Positions 24,301 to 39,300 of a stretch of 63,926 nucleotides of DNA are shown in pieces. Position 1 is the stretch's first letter. Each line of letters begins with the position of its first letter. The notes beneath the pieces are model-generated. The model saw only the letters and a list, made by a program, of their open reading frames with translations. It had not been told where the DNA came from and did not search any database. The stretch is from Chara braunii. Its lineage: Eukaryota > Plantae > Charophyceae. Position numbers and translations under genes: made by a program. The stretch spans positions 4,615,320-4,679,245 of the forward strand of contig BFEA01000041.1 of NCBI GenBank assembly GCA_003427395.1, written 5' to 3'.

Positions 24301-27300
24301 TACACCCGTGAACTAATGAAAAACTGCTGCAAGTTCAAATCCAGATGCAACTCAGATGAACAGAATAAAATTCTGAATTACCTGAGGCTGGTCAGTTCAA
24401 TTATGATATCTCAAGGAAGGCCATCGTTCTACTGTAGGTTAGGCACTCTTTTGTGTCTGAGAAACAGATGAATCGTCAAACCTGGATGATGAGTGGAGTT
24501 CTGTTCCAGTGTGTGAATGCTAGGCGGTGTAGATGCGTTGGCACCAATCTGCCATCGATGAATGCGTTCCCGGATCTCGGTCGGGGGGTAATGGGGTGGG
24601 AGAGGTCTGACAGGTCTTCGGTTAAAAATAAAACGGGGAAAAAAAGGAAGATCTAATGAAGTAATGACTGTATTGCTAATATTTAGGTTTTACAGCTTTG
24701 AGATGTAACGGTCTTAAATCAGAAGGGAAATGAGGGGTGCTGTGGTGGTGGGAAGACCAGTGTGTATATGTGTTGGATCAACTCGCCCTACCTGTGTCAT
24801 GCGTGTTGTTGGGTAGAGTACAGACAAGAAAAACATATGTGGAGGTTGTATCATTGCTGTTTGAATTTACATCCTTTTGGAATGCGAACTTCTCACCTTT
24901 TCCATGGAAAGACACTCTGTTTTGATAAGTCCTCTAGGATATGCCCTGCAGTCTTATTACATTACAAAGTATCTTATAATCCTGGTAATCCTTTCTTTAT
25001 TTCCCCCCGGACTTTGATCACTCTGGTTCCTTTTCTGTACAAATCATTGTCCTCTTCAAAATCAAAGCCTTGCGCAGTGCACAATTTTACGTAGAAGTAT
25101 GCTCTTCTATTTCTTCTTCTTCTTCGTTCTCTCTTCTCAGATTCTCCTGAAAGATAACAAACATTTGATGTGGAATTGATGTGGAAATTTGGCAGAGTGA
25201 GTACCAAGAAGCAAGGCGGGATCTGGAAGCAGCTGTTGCGAAGGGAAACATGAGCATTGATGCCCTCCGACATCAATTGGTCAAGGGAGATGGTATCGCC
25301 ATGTCAAACAAGCCAGATAGTGGGACCACTGCGCCTCCTCTTGGCAGGAAGGGTGGTTCGCGGAGGATTCAGCGGAAGAACTGGAACCTGGACGAGATAG
25401 TTAATCGACATGCGAAGCGTGTAGTGAGGAAGACAGATGATGAGGAGGCTGCAGAGGTCCTGAAAGGACCACCAGGACCTGTGGGAGAATTATCGCCTCT
25501 GGATCTGGGAGCGCAAGTCATGGAGGGAGCCGATCAGGGTGTGGTGGTTTTGAAGAAAACACATGTTTTGCCGCCTGGCTCGAAGCTCCTGGTATGTATG
25601 TTCGTTTCTCTGAATTCCCATGAGTTTTCTTCAGGCCCCGTTGTATGTTGCCTCTGTTTTTTTATACTACTACTCCGGTCTGTGAAACTTGTTCCCGAAG
25701 AGTCTGAAGACTCCGGTCTGACCTTTCTGGTCCTAGCGGACCTCTGCGGTCCCTTCTGGGACTCTGAACTCCGCTCAGACACAACCCTGGTCTCGGCGGC
25801 CAGCTTTTACTCCTCCATGGAAAGCAAGTTGAACAACAAAGCCTTGAGATAGAGAGAGAGGACAAGAGGAGGAATACACGCCCATCACCATGCGAAAGCA
25901 ACAAGCCAGACAACACCCAGCCTTCTTTCTGTGGGGTGAGCAGTCCTAGTGAGATGCAGAGTCCAGCATCTACGGGACTGAAAAAACGTACCTGGGAAGT
26001 GCTCGACTGTGTGTCTTGGGTAGGAACCTCCGCTATTTGCGCTTTCTTTCTTTTTTTTCCCTTGCACAACACATATACCCCATCTACTCCAGGAGGCACC
26101 AGTCTGGTTGCTGCCACTCTAGAGTCTATAGTACTCTATATTCTTAATAGTGTCCTTGTTATCTTTGAGCAGTACCCACGCTTCATCTGCCGGTGTTATG
26201 TCTCTCATTTAGTATCTATGGGACTGAAAAAGCGTACCTGGGAAGTGCTTGACTGTGTGTCTTGGGTAGGAACCTCCGCCATTTGTGCTTTCTTTCTTTT
26301 TTCCCCCTCGCACAACACATATACCCCATCTACTCCAGGAGGCACCAGTCTGGTTGCTGGCTCTTTAGAGTCTAAAGTACTCTATACTCTTATAGTGTCC
26401 TTGTTATCTTTGAGGCTTCATCTGACGGTTTTTCAATACTACTTACCAGCCTCCTGAAGTGGTTTGGGGGTGTTGTGCTTCCAGTTTGTCTCTGCAGCAA
26501 CTCCTGTACCCTTCATCGTCTGCACTTAAACCTCCCTCTCAACACTCGCCGTTTTTTCAATACTACTTACCAGCCTCCTGAAGTGGGTTGGGGGTGTTGT
26601 GCTTCCAGTTTGGCTCTGCATCAACTCCTCTACCCTCCATCGTCTGCACTTAATCCTCCCCCTCAACACTCCCCTCAGGTCCCCCTCTTTCCTTCACTCT
26701 GTCTTCTTTTTACACAGTTCCCATCATAAGTTTAATTCTTGAATACTGAGGTTGGTTTGCAGAATGTAGTGGAATTGCTAACTTTCTATGAGTGATAGAA
26801 GGAAATTGTGTCTGTTGGGAAAATGGTAGAAATGTGGAAGAGACGCACATACTCCAAAATGTGATCACTGATTATGATGTGCACATCTTGGGGCTTTGAA
26901 GTTATCCTCTTTCACACTGAGCAAGATCGCTGATGAGAATTTTGCCTGATGGACATTCTTAGTCACACCAATATAATGGTGTTCGCTGTACTGACGTCCT
27001 ATGTGCAATGGCATTTTGGCTTCCACCATGCAGTGTTGTTTTCTTGGTGACCACTGGCATTGGCAATGACCTTTTAGAAGTTTTTTCCTGGTTTCATGTT
27101 TATTATTTATATTCCGCGAGTCCATGTCCCTGTTCAATGACTGTAATTTGCCAAGTTTATTTATTATTATTTTTTTTTTCTGTAATTTGCCAAGTTTTTT
27201 TTTGTGTTTTTTGCTTTTGTTTTTTTTGTTTACCAGAGTATGCATGCAGTCTGCAATGGAGGGCGGGCTTCAAAATTGTAAATTGGTGGATTGACTTGCC

Positions 27301-30300
27301 TCAGTGTGCTTCTTAGTAGTCTTATCCTCTGTATTTGTGCTGTTTCATTGGTACCAGATTTTGGTGACAAATCATGGAGGAGAAGTAAGGGTGCACATTG
27401 CAAGTGATTCTCAGGAAGAGTTGATACTTCACTGGGGCATGACAAAAGACAAAATGAAAGTATGGAAGGTGAGATATTGGTGGACTGTTGCTCCCCAGAA
27501 TGGTGGGAGCTTCCCAGAATGGTAGGGGCTAGAACCAGGAGGTTATGCTTAAAAAAAGAAGGAAAAAAAGAAAAAAGAAAAAAGAAAAAGGTGAGATATT
27601 GGTGCTTTTTCTCTGGACAACTCTATCAATTGTAGTGTATGATCAGAAAACCAGTTTTCAACTTTTCAAGCCTACTCCCACTGCATTCGCTGTGAACGAT
27701 TCTTTTTAGAACTTTTAGTTATTGTCAAGTACAACATTCTGCATATAATTCGTTTATAAACAACCCTTGAAAATCCCAGCACCCGCCCTACCTTGACCCA
27801 TCTAACACCACAAATACACAACCCCCAACCAGTGAGCTAACAATCTCAGATTCCGTCCACTTTGGCTCCTGATTCTCCATCCCTTTCACGCCCTCCGCAC
27901 ACTGGGTTCTTCAACCGGCCAACAGCTTGGGCTGAATCCATCATGCAATCCCATCCTTCAAACCCCCCCGTGGGCTGTTTAGCTTGCCATTACCCCTCAT
28001 AATGTGCGCAAGCTGCAGAGGATCATACCGTGGAATGCCCACAGAAATGATGAGGCTGTCACACACGACCGCCAGAGAGAAACGGAGAAGGTGGTACTAT
28101 TACTCTCACTGCACTTGCAGTGTGAAGAGTGTCGCTGCGCAGGCCGTGACCGCTCTGCATTCCAGGCATAACCATATGCCCACAGCTTGTCTCTTGACAG
28201 AGAACTTGCCGCAAATTCACAAAAGAACCTCGAGTGCTGGATCGCTTCGATCTTTTTGATCTGCTTCCTTAAACTGATGCCATGGCGTGTTCCACACTTG
28301 TCAACAATGCTGGCCTTCTTTCAAGTTCTTTGTGCATTTCGTCATGGCGGGATGTTATAATTCCGATGTTGACGAGGGTTGGGAGCGCCTTAGCAGGCGA
28401 GCACGAAGCACACTTCTGAGACCTGCCTCTATCCACGTCTGTGCTAGGTATTCTTTACAGAAGGGCATGGAATTGGAGAGGGTTTTGTGTGCGGATCGCA
28501 GTTGTAGCCTCTGGGTGAATGGTAGTCAGCTGTGAAGCAGGCATCACTTATGCTACTTTCTGTCGGGACTTCTACCCCTTTTACATACCTTGCTGCGTGG
28601 AAACACAATCCCTAAACGAGAGGGAAACAGACAGCTTCATACCATCTTCGTGACTTCATGCATGACCGTATGGGGAAAACCTCTCAATCGTCGCAAGTCA
28701 GGAAGAGAGCAAGGAAAGATGAGCGTCTTGGTCTGTCTCGAGGTACCTGATTACACTGCTGATGAAGCCAGCAGGAGAGGGTGATGGAGAGAGAAAAGAA
28801 GGGAGGCCAGGAGGGTGGGAGCTATGATAGCCTAAGCTATCTGGTGATGGTGTATCAGCCATCAGAGAGGGCGGGTGCAGTCCCTGAAGCTTTTCGCCGT
28901 GTAGTAATGGCTCATCAAAGAGTCTGCCTCTGGCTCCCATAGAGAAGGTAGGAGAGGTAGAGGAGTTGGAGAGGGATGAGGAAGGAGGTAGGGCTTGTGC
29001 TTGTCAAAGGTTCTTTGAGGAGGAGACCTCTAAGATAGTGGCCTGTGCAGGAGCAATAGCAGAATGACCTTACGCAGCTAGGGAATGTAGACGAGTGGCC
29101 GTCATAGCACGGCTGCCACAGGTAGGTAGAGGTCACACTTGTGTCGCAGGTGCGGGCTTCGGAGCGTGGTTGCGCACAGTGACGAGGCAAGTGGAGCGCA
29201 ATCCGTACAAGGATTGTGAGAAGTCACAAGATCAGATTTTGGCATTAGCCTTTGTAGGCGATGAGAGCTCGAGTGTGAGAGAAGGCCAGAGAGAGGAAGA
29301 TGCCTGGAGCATGAGCAGCATGGGAGGGAGAGAGAGATCACCAACATATACGAAGTGTGCGTGAGGCTTTGTACTCCACAGTGAACACACAAAAGTGCAT
29401 GGCATGCGACTTATCATCGCGACCATCTTTCTGCCTCCTGCTCAGATGGTCATTTCAGCCACTTTGCATGAATACAATCAGCCTTCCACCAATCAGTCCC
29501 CACGGCCTAACCTCGTATAAGTCGTCAGCAAATCGCTCACACCATAATCACACCATGTATGCCTCATGCCTTGTCTAGCCATGCCATACTGACCCCAACG
29601 GTAGTACCCAGAGATTTCTTCGCAACTTCGTTACATGTCGAGGATGTAGTCGTGTCATCTCACGATATCCTCTCGTGCTTGGTAGAGATTTGATGCGTTG
29701 AGGAATCCAAGTCGCTGCGGTAAAGATCCAGTGTTTGAATCCCTTGGATGTGATACCATGTCCTTTTGTTAGCCCAGCTTGAAAGATCAAATGTGATATA
29801 TCATGTGTCATACCACACTACGTATCTGACCCTCCGTTAGTCCCACTCCATTTCAGAACAGTAGTTTCTCACCTCTAGACTTCTGACCGATAGTTGAAGG
29901 GACCGTGATGGATTTCACGATATACATACCTACGAGTCTGGCATGCTGATGTAGGCCCTTTGTTTGTGTGTGTGTGTGTGTTTGTGTGTGTGTGAGTAGA
30001 AGGATTAGGTGGAGGGTGGCCGCTGTCTGGGTGGGCTTGGGGAGGGACGGGTAGGCACAGTCACGGAGGTCTCTGGATTTTACATGGACTAGAGTGGAGG
30101 GATGGGTAGGGGTCAGGATGCCAGGGTATTGGGAATGTTTCAGGTACTGTTGGGTTGGAGCAGGCCTGGGGATGTTAGAGGGTTGTGGGAGCAGGTCTTT
30201 TGGTTGTTTTGAAAGCCATGGGGTGTTGGATTACATGATAGGTCGTTCACGGTGTAGGCAGGCTTAGTGTTTTTGGTGTAGTAGTAGGCAGGCTTAGTGT

Positions 30301-33300
30301 TTTTGGTGTAGGAGTAGTAGGCAGGCTTAGTGTTTTTGGTGTAGGAGTCAGCAGTAGAGGCGTTCAGCTTTCTGGTGAGAAGCGGGGTTAGGGTGGATTA
30401 TCATGCAGTATCATTGTTTAGGGGACTCTGCAGACTGTAGAGCGTTCAGCCTTCTGATGAGAAGCGGTTAACGGAGCCCTGAATCTCCGGGATTTTTTCA
30501 TGGTCTTTTTAAGAATACTCGCACACCTTTTGAACCAAAGTTGTCACCAATCCATAGTGTGGACAGCAAATAAACCAATAAGCTATAGCAAATAAAAACA
30601 GTGAAAATGAAAAAAGGAAGGAGGCTCAAACGGAGTCCAAACCCTAGGGCAAAAATCTGTTTTCATGCAAAATTTACCCTTCCACTTGTGATGAAAGAGT
30701 CTGCCACCCCTCATTTGTTGTCCTTTTCACCCTCCCTGCCTATGGTTATACTGACGAGTCGGTGAAACTCCGACGAAACTCTTGTCACAGCCGCTCGTTT
30801 GTTGTCCTCTTCTCCCTCTCTGCCGAAGGCTCCTGCAGTAGTTCTTTCTGACGATGTAATGTACATAGTTCTCACAGCGTACAAGTGGGCCGTTATAGCA
30901 CATGGGGATGCAGGCAGCTCACACTCAACTTCATCAATGTGCCGGGCCTTGTACGTGAGAGGCACGGTGAAGGGGGAGCTAAAAGGAGGAGGACAAAAAT
31001 GAATGGTTTCAGTGATCCCCTCACGTTGGTCTTGTTTTCTTATTTTTACTGTTTGTTTCGCAAAGTGCACTCCTTTAGTTCATAGTGAATGGTTTCAGTG
31101 AGCCCTTCATGTTGGTCTTGTTTTCTTATTTTAACCGTTGTTTTGCAAAGTGCACTCTTTTAGTTCATTGATACGCCCTAACATATTTGTTTATTTTACG
31201 CCGCGAGATTGTCTTTACTTATGAAAACTGTCTGATGTATATCTCTGTTGCTGTTTTGCTTGCTTCCTGTGTGCTTGTGCCCATGCCCTGCTGTTTCTGG
31301 GTGACTGAATTTTATTGGTTGTATGCTATGTATACATTGTATAGACTCCGCCAACTGGCTTGCGACCAGAGGGGACTTTCGAGACTGCAGGAGGATCATG
31401 CGAGACGCACTTCAAGAGAGGATTTGCAGGAGATTTATCACTTCAGGTTTGTCAAAAAAATAAAAATAAAAAAATTCACGAATCCTGTTGGTTAACTTGT
31501 TTTTTTTTTTGCCCGTGAAATCGATCTGGTGTTTGAATAGCAACTGGGTCCAGGTCAGGCTATCTAGTGATGCTTCTGGCTTGTTGCCACTGCTTATGCT
31601 TATCCAACAACAAGAATGGAACAAAATCTTGCTGCCATGCCCAGTCTAATTATATGGCAGGAGGCGAGAAGCGTAAATTACTAAATACAGTGTGCATGCC
31701 ATGGACACTATCATGTTCACTGTGCTATATTTTGCCTCAGGTGTCTCCGATCTAGTGACTGGTGTCTACGGGTTCTTGGAATGTTGTTCCATTCTTTGCT
31801 GCATTGCCACATGATTATAAATTTTTAGGGTCATGTGCCCCATGGCACGTAAGCCAGCATTCACTGACAATCAGTTGTGTCTGGCATTTCCCTGTTTCAA
31901 GGCCCGAGTGTGGAGTGTACTGGAATTATGCGTGCTTTGTGTCTTCTGCCCAACCTTGCATGTGAGGCTAAATCTGCTAAACACAAATCAAGGTCTTCCG
32001 TGTGTGTCTAGCTGTTTTCTTGCACAATGATTGGTCCTGAGGCCTTACCTACTGAAAATTGTCTATAGGCTCCGGAATAGTCCCCAATGTGATTTGGCTT
32101 TATGGCGTCTGATTCTTGAAATGCAAAGCTGAACGGGTACGAAGAAAGAAGGAAATCAAAACAAATGAATCAGAAATGGAGACGTGGGAAAAGAGATTCT
32201 TTGCATGAAGCGCAACCCAGTTAGCTCGGAGCCTACTGCACTGTGACATGACCCCCAAGTTGCACGTGCGTTTGCGCCTTGACACACTTTGTATTCTTGT
32301 CCACCAGAAACTTCAATTCGGATTGCCTGCTATCTCGCCACACACGAGAACCTCTGTTGTTGCGATCGCCTCCGATCTTAGGGGATCACAAGGCCAGGTG
32401 GCGTGCACGCCCTTTCAAAGTTTAGAGTGCCAATTGGGTAGAAAGTATGTGTCCACGAGAAGGCTCACAGGCCCAGCGACCATCACTTCCAGTGCCAATA
32501 GGGTAGAAAGTATGTGTCCACGAGAAGGCTCACAGTCCCAGCGACCATCACTTCCCTTCGTGAAAGTGAAAACCTTCGGCGTGATATCAAGACAGTGAAC
32601 CGTACAGGATGCTAACCACCATACAGAGCAAAGGAACAAAACGCGTCCCCAAACTCTGCATTGACCCTAATAGGCTAATAGTGAACATCTGACATGGCTG
32701 CGTTTATTCTCTCCGCCTAACGGAGCGTCGCCCTACAGACCTGCCTGTTACTCTGTCAATCTCCCAACTCTTCTTGTCCCACAGTAACCTCTCCGAATGC
32801 CTCCCCTTATTCGTACGACCCTATCGGTGCAACCCACTTAGCTCAATCTGTCTAGTGGAAGTCTCGTGCTGATTGTAATCTGAAACTCTGCTTTGAATTG
32901 GTTGGTGCCTGACTCTGTTTGGTTGTTGATGCGGGGCTGTGCTTTGGATCAATTGCTGCCTGTGGCCCTGTGGTAACTTGTAATGTGAATTGGCTGGGTG
33001 ACCTGGTTGTGTTATCTGTCTTGTTTTAACTGGAAACAGTCAGTGGAGCTGGTTATACCTGAAGCTGAGGCGTCTGACTACACCGGCCTTTCATTTGTCG
33101 TTCGGAGGGGGAGTGAATGGTTCAAGGACAAGAATTTCGCTGATTTCCATGCACCTTTGGCACCCCCTAGCTCAGTTGCTCAGGTGAGGCTCGCCACCGG
33201 AACCTTAGATCTTATCTACCTGTTTTAAACTTTAAAGATTGCGAATTTGGGAGAGGGGAAATACTAAGTAGTCGTATATGTTTGTGATTGCGGGGCAAAA

Positions 33301-36300
33301 GCTCGGCTTCACACTTGTCTTGGATGTTTTATGTCAGAGCTCGCAAACTCCTACTTCTCCTACAGCCACAACCGACCCGTATTGGACATCCATAATATTT
33401 GGCAGCCGCAGCCAGCCATAACTGCGGTTTAGAAATCCTCACAACTTGACCCAGCCACAGCTGGGCCCAATTTGAGCGTGCAAACCTGGGCCCACTTGAG
33501 CCCAGACCTTGAAGAAGACTTGCAGCCCGACCTGGCCAGACCCAGACATATTTTTCACCACCTGCCCTCACCGAGGTCCTTGAGCACAATCCCACCTGCA
33601 CCTGCCCATAGGTGGCATTTTTTTCACTACCCTCACCCGCCACACCACAATTGGCCCCAACCTGGCGCAGGGCCATCTTCCCATCACCTGGCCACACCTG
33701 GCCGGCTGGGAGAAGGGCTAGCCAGACCTGCCTGTAGCTGTCGGTCCCGGCCAGCCATTTGCAGGCTCTTTTTTTTGTTCAATTCAAACTCGGAACTCGT
33801 AACAGTAATTATTGTGCTCTGGTGAGGTTCACCACCAGAACCTTATCTACCTGTTTTAAAGATTGCGAATTCAAGAGCGGGAGGAATAGAAGTAAATGTT
33901 CGTTGGTTGCGGGACGGAAGCGCTGCTTCACACTCGTCTTGGGTGTTTTATGTGCAATTCAAACTCGAACTAACAACAATAATTATAGTCGTCTACGATA
34001 GATTTTGCACGGCTTCACACGCCCTTGTCGTCCTTCTTGTCCATCTTGGGGACCGCCACTACTCCGGTTCCAGTCTTCAGGCAAGTTGAAGAATACATCA
34101 TATGACACAGTTCAAGGAACCCTGAACAGCATTCATTGATTGCTCCAGTACCGGTCTTCTGAACTCCGTCTCCGTAAACACCCATCGGTGACTATCAAAA
34201 CATTATCATTAATGAAGAGAATTTAGAGAAGGCTGGCTCGATTACTTTATGATTACGGGCCTGATTAACTGGGGGCCCAGTCGTCCATTCCAGTTTTCGA
34301 TGTTCGGTAGCCTTGCTACTTTTCTGTTCATCTGCCGTCTTTTTCACCCACGGTTCCTTCCCGTTTTTATCTCCGAAAATTGTCATCGACACCTGGAATT
34401 TTGATTCCCATCAACCACTCCTTGAAGGGAGTCCTCTTCTTGGATCTAAACTTTTTGCGGGCTTGAGTTTTCTGGAGAGTTTGATTGTGTTCAATGCCAC
34501 AATCGATGGCATGTTTGTAATTGACAAACGGGATGCGGTCAGGCAAGTGTGGGGAGGGATGAGTAGCTGCAGCGCCTTGAACCAGGTACCTGCACGTGAT
34601 TCTTTTGTTCCCCCTCCCCCCCCCTCCTCCTCTGTACCTGATCTTGATTGCTATTGTCCTGTCGTTTAGGACCAAGCTTCCTATCTCTTCGTGAGTGATC
34701 CTTGTCAATTGTATGCAGGCATCTTGCGTGGGATATCTGTGCTATTTGGATCTGAGTGTTTTCCTGTGCTTGTGCTGCCAGATGTTTACCGCTAGAAGAC
34801 GATAAGCCACTGCATGCTGTGAATCTTTTTCTTCTCCCTCTCTGCCTACGGTTTACCGTGCAGTTCTATTTGACGATATATATAGGAAAACAGAACCATG
34901 CTGTTCTCTCCTTTCCATGCTGGGGGAGCATCAGTCTGGCCATGTTGCGAATCTTGATACGTCTTGTTGACAGAAAGTAACCCTAAGGTCCAGATCGTAT
35001 CTTTTCATCAATCCTAAAATTGGCCGCTCAGTGCTTGCAGGATTAATTTTCACACCATTCCCAAATTTCCGTAGCTTGGAATTGTGTTTTGAGAAACTAT
35101 GCTGTTATCTGAATCTCTGACACTGTCTTTGATGCAGGATTTCACTTTTGATGTGAACTTCCATGTCGAGGGGTTGTCTATCAAAACAGTACACCACTGT
35201 ACCAGACTACAACCACTATTTTTTGGAACTGTGATTTTCAAGCTCTGACCTTTGAAGTCGGTACCACGAATCGAGGTTCACATTTGTGATACGGATGTGA
35301 ACTCTGGATCTGTTCATCGTTCGGGCATAAGGGCGGGGTTTCTGGGGCTTACTGTAGGTATTGCTGAGCAAACTTGACATTTTTCTAAAATAGTTTTTGG
35401 TATTTTGTGCTGCTATTGTTCCAGCATGTTTCAGATGGTAAAGGTACCTGCAAGTGGCTCCTTGACCAGATTGCCGATTCCGAGAGTGATGCTGAACGTT
35501 CGCTGATGCACAGGTATGTCTATTCTCCTATCTATGCGTAGATTGAATGCAGTGATGTTAAGTATCGCACAAGTCTGTAGGACCGGAAAGGATGTGACAA
35601 TAGGATGTTTGCCGGGGCCATTCTATGTGAAAAATGCACGGATTGAATAACGAGCTCTATGGTGGATGTTTGTGAACTACGTACGTTGCACGAGAGCACT
35701 TTTGGAAAGGCCTGGGGTGGCACATGAGCGAAAACGAGAAAACGGCAGCTGCTGGCAGCCGGTCCAGCATAGAGGGCGGTAGTGGTACCAACCAACAAAT
35801 TTCCTAGCGATTCCCGCCGTCTCCAGGCTTGGTAAAACTAGACGTGCAGGTTGTGGGTCGGTTCGGTAAAACATGCCTGGGTGTACTGTGAGTCTGTGGG
35901 AGGCTGTTTTTTTCTTTTTTCAAGTTTTTTCCTTTTTCCTCGTTCATTTCAGGGCATTCTCATGGTAGCACTTTCTGGAACTTATCTGACTGCACTCCCG
36001 CTAGGCCTGGGGTGGCACATGAGTGACAACGAGAAAATGACCGCTGCCTTTTGTTCCAGCTGCTGGCAGCAGGTCCAGCATAGACGGCGGTAATGGTGCC
36101 ATCCAACAGATTTCCCCTAGCGGTTCCCGCACCCTCGAGACTCGGCAAAAGCGGCATGCAGGGGGCACATCGGTTTGGTAATACAGGCCCGGGCGTATTG
36201 TTTTTTTTTTTTAACAAAAGAACAGAACCGTTTGGTTCTGGCTCCTACCATTCCGGGGAGCGACAGTCCGGTTCCTATTCCCCCGGCAAGTCGATATGGA

Positions 36301-39300
36301 ATACATGGGAGACTCACGCACGCTCCTCCCCTTTATATCTGGGAGGCCCGAGTGGACGGCATTGATTACTTCCCTGGGGAAGGATGTACCACCCCTCGCC
36401 CCTGCCTAAGTTAGCCTGTGCTATTTAATCTGCCTGTTTGTTGCCAATCTGTCTGACCCCAGTCCCGCTCCTCTCAGCCGTGATGCTGTCTGGTTGGTGT
36501 GTTATGCTAGAGCAGTCTGGAACACCTATGAGTCTCCTGAAATCTCTAACAAACTAAGTCCTGTTTGCCTATGAGTCTCCTTCCCCGGGCGTATTGTGGG
36601 AGGCCATTTTTTCTGTTTTCCTTTTTTCTCCCAAAAAAACGAGGTGGACTTCACTGAGCATCATGGCATCTGCCTTCTAGTGCTTCTGAGATTGTGAAGG
36701 TTTGTAGTAACTTGGGACTTGGGAGGTGAAGAGAAGAGGAGCAGCATTCCCTCTCTCTCTCTCTCTCTCTCTCTCTCCTCACAGAAGACGAAGAGGTGAG
36801 CAAGTGGGAGAAAAATTCAGTCTAGCACTGACCGACTTACCTGAAGTTCGTGTTGTTGCTGGTCGTTATGTTATCTACGTGCAGAGCAGTTTCAGCTGAG
36901 CGATGCATTTCTCCCTTTTTGCACAGTCAAGCTATCTGCAGGGTTTGACCATAGACAATACGGTAATTAATGAGCTGCTAGCCTGTGTCTTAGTATTCTT
37001 GGAAGATTTCGTGAGTTGGCTATCTGAAGGGTTTGATGGTCAACTTTGACCATAGACAATATGGTAATTACTAATTAATGAGCTGCTAGCCTGTGTCTGA
37101 GTATACTTGGAAGATTTCGTGAGTTGGCAAACAGTGCAGGAAAGTTGACGCCTGCAGAAATGTTGCAATTTTCCCAATTTCTCGTTTTGCTCACTAGCTG
37201 CAGTGAGATGTGGAAGACTTCAACAGACATTACAGTTGATGGACACTACAGTTGACGAACTATTTCCGTGTTTGTAATGTGATGTGAAGGTTCAACCTTG
37301 CTGCAGGATTCCTTCAGGCTGCAAAGAGTGAAGGAGAGCTGGCACTTGCGGCTGTGTTTATTTGGCTGCGCTTCATGGCGACACGACAATTGATATGGAA
37401 CAAGAACTACAACGTCAAACCTAGGTGAGAGTCTTGACAGTTTTTCTGCCTTGCCGCACGCTGTCTGGTTAATTGACAATTACTTCGGCATTAAAGTTTA
37501 TTACACTTTGGAAGATCGTAAAGCCTTTAAAAATTAAAAACACCGTTTATATGTTGCGAGCAAATGGTGTGGTGTTCGACGGAAAGTGAGGCGGCGCAAC
37601 AATATCCAAGTCTCCTCAACTAGCAACCACATCGCGTACCAGGGCCAAATGGTTAAGGAAAGTTGCAGTGTTGCAGTGTTTCCATGGATTGCATGAATGA
37701 TTGCAAGCTGCTAATCCCTCACTACCGTATGCAGGACCTGGCTGCACAGGTCATGCTTTTCATCCGTATTTATTGATTGACAAAATTGGAAAGAAATGCC
37801 GACAAAGTTCTCTACTCATTGATATAGGTATGTTACTACATAGGCGGAGGTATGTTAGCCCACCCCAAATGGGCGGACCGGAAAACCGAAGCACTTGAAA
37901 CAGGACAGAATCGCCATCAAGATTATGTTAGCCCACCCCAGATGGGCTTAGTGACTATAGATAGACTGGTGCCACAGATGCCTGGGAACCTCCTTTCAAA
38001 AGCAATCAACAGAATGGGCAGATGGGGGAAATCCATTACCTCACTCTTAGGCAGAGCAATGGTCATCAATGCCACAGATGGTTCGGCAGAGCAATGGTCA
38101 TTAATGCCACAGATGGCTGGGAACCTCCTTCCAAAAGCAATCAACAAAATGGGCAGATGGGGGCAATCCTTTACCTCACTCTTAGGCAGGGCAATGGTCA
38201 TCAATGTGTCAGTATTCTTAATGCCATGGTATATAACATCGATTTGGGCCATGCTGGATCAGTCACTTCACAACTCGTCGTTGAGCCCGCGGCTATATGT
38301 GGCCTCCAAGTAGACAAAATGTTATTCCCGAAAATCGCTTGGTGATGTTGGCATTACATTCTTCGCAAACGGACAGGAGGTGGTCTGGGAGTTACCGATT
38401 CAAAAAAGGGCAAAACAACAAATGAAAGAGCTGCAGATAAAAGTTCATAAAGATTATTAAACTTGTCATGCACACAAGATCTTCCTTGGGGCAACCTGGC
38501 GAGAGAGAGCCTAAGACATATAGCTACTACAGTGCCTACTCCATCACCTACACCCCTGATAATTATGTCAGGCCTGTTCCAGGTAAGGACCAAAGAATGG
38601 ATGGGGTGCCGAAACGGGAAGAAGACCAGGTCATAGAGACCTTTCTGTATGTGGGGACTCAGCCTCCCGGCCAATGTGGCTATACTACCACCCTAACCAA
38701 AATCTGGAGAGAAATGTTCCCACGAAGAACATGCAGACCCAGAACTAAGGAAGAAGGTTTAAGAACGACCAAAGAATGGATGGAGCGCCGAAATGGGAAG
38801 AAGATCACGTCAGAGAGAACCCTGTGTAGGTGGGGACTTGGCCTCCTGGCCATGCTAGCACCCTAGTCAAAATCTGGAGAGAAATCTTCCCACAAAAAAA
38901 TATGCAGACCCAGAACAAAGGAAGAAAGTTTTAAGGCAACCGTTATTTGGTAACTAATCGAAGGCGAAAGCGGTAACTAATCGAAGGCGAAAGCAACCAC
39001 AAATGGTCCCTAACGGCCAGAGAAAATCGTTGATCGAACTCCAAAGGGGTATGGAAAGTCATTCAGATATGGAACGAAGGGAGGAAAGATTGGATGCCGT
39101 TGATTGAATTACTGTGAAGGAGCTGCGAACACATCACAGGATGCCATTGCATAGCAGATAATCTGCAACTAATGATCAGAAGTATCCCATAAATATGGAG
39201 AGAGCTTGCTCAGCAAAAGCTTCTCATGGAAAGTTGGAGACCGGGGAGTACAAATTCAGGAAACTGAAAAAAAAAAAAAAAAAAAAAAAGAAATCAGGAA

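Noticed and set aside
27780-29900. Possible degraded non-LTR retroelement ORF (also 23760-24640, 33980-34740 and 38300-41600)
   Set aside because: Only faint motif resemblance with many stops and frameshifts. These cannot be classified without a search.
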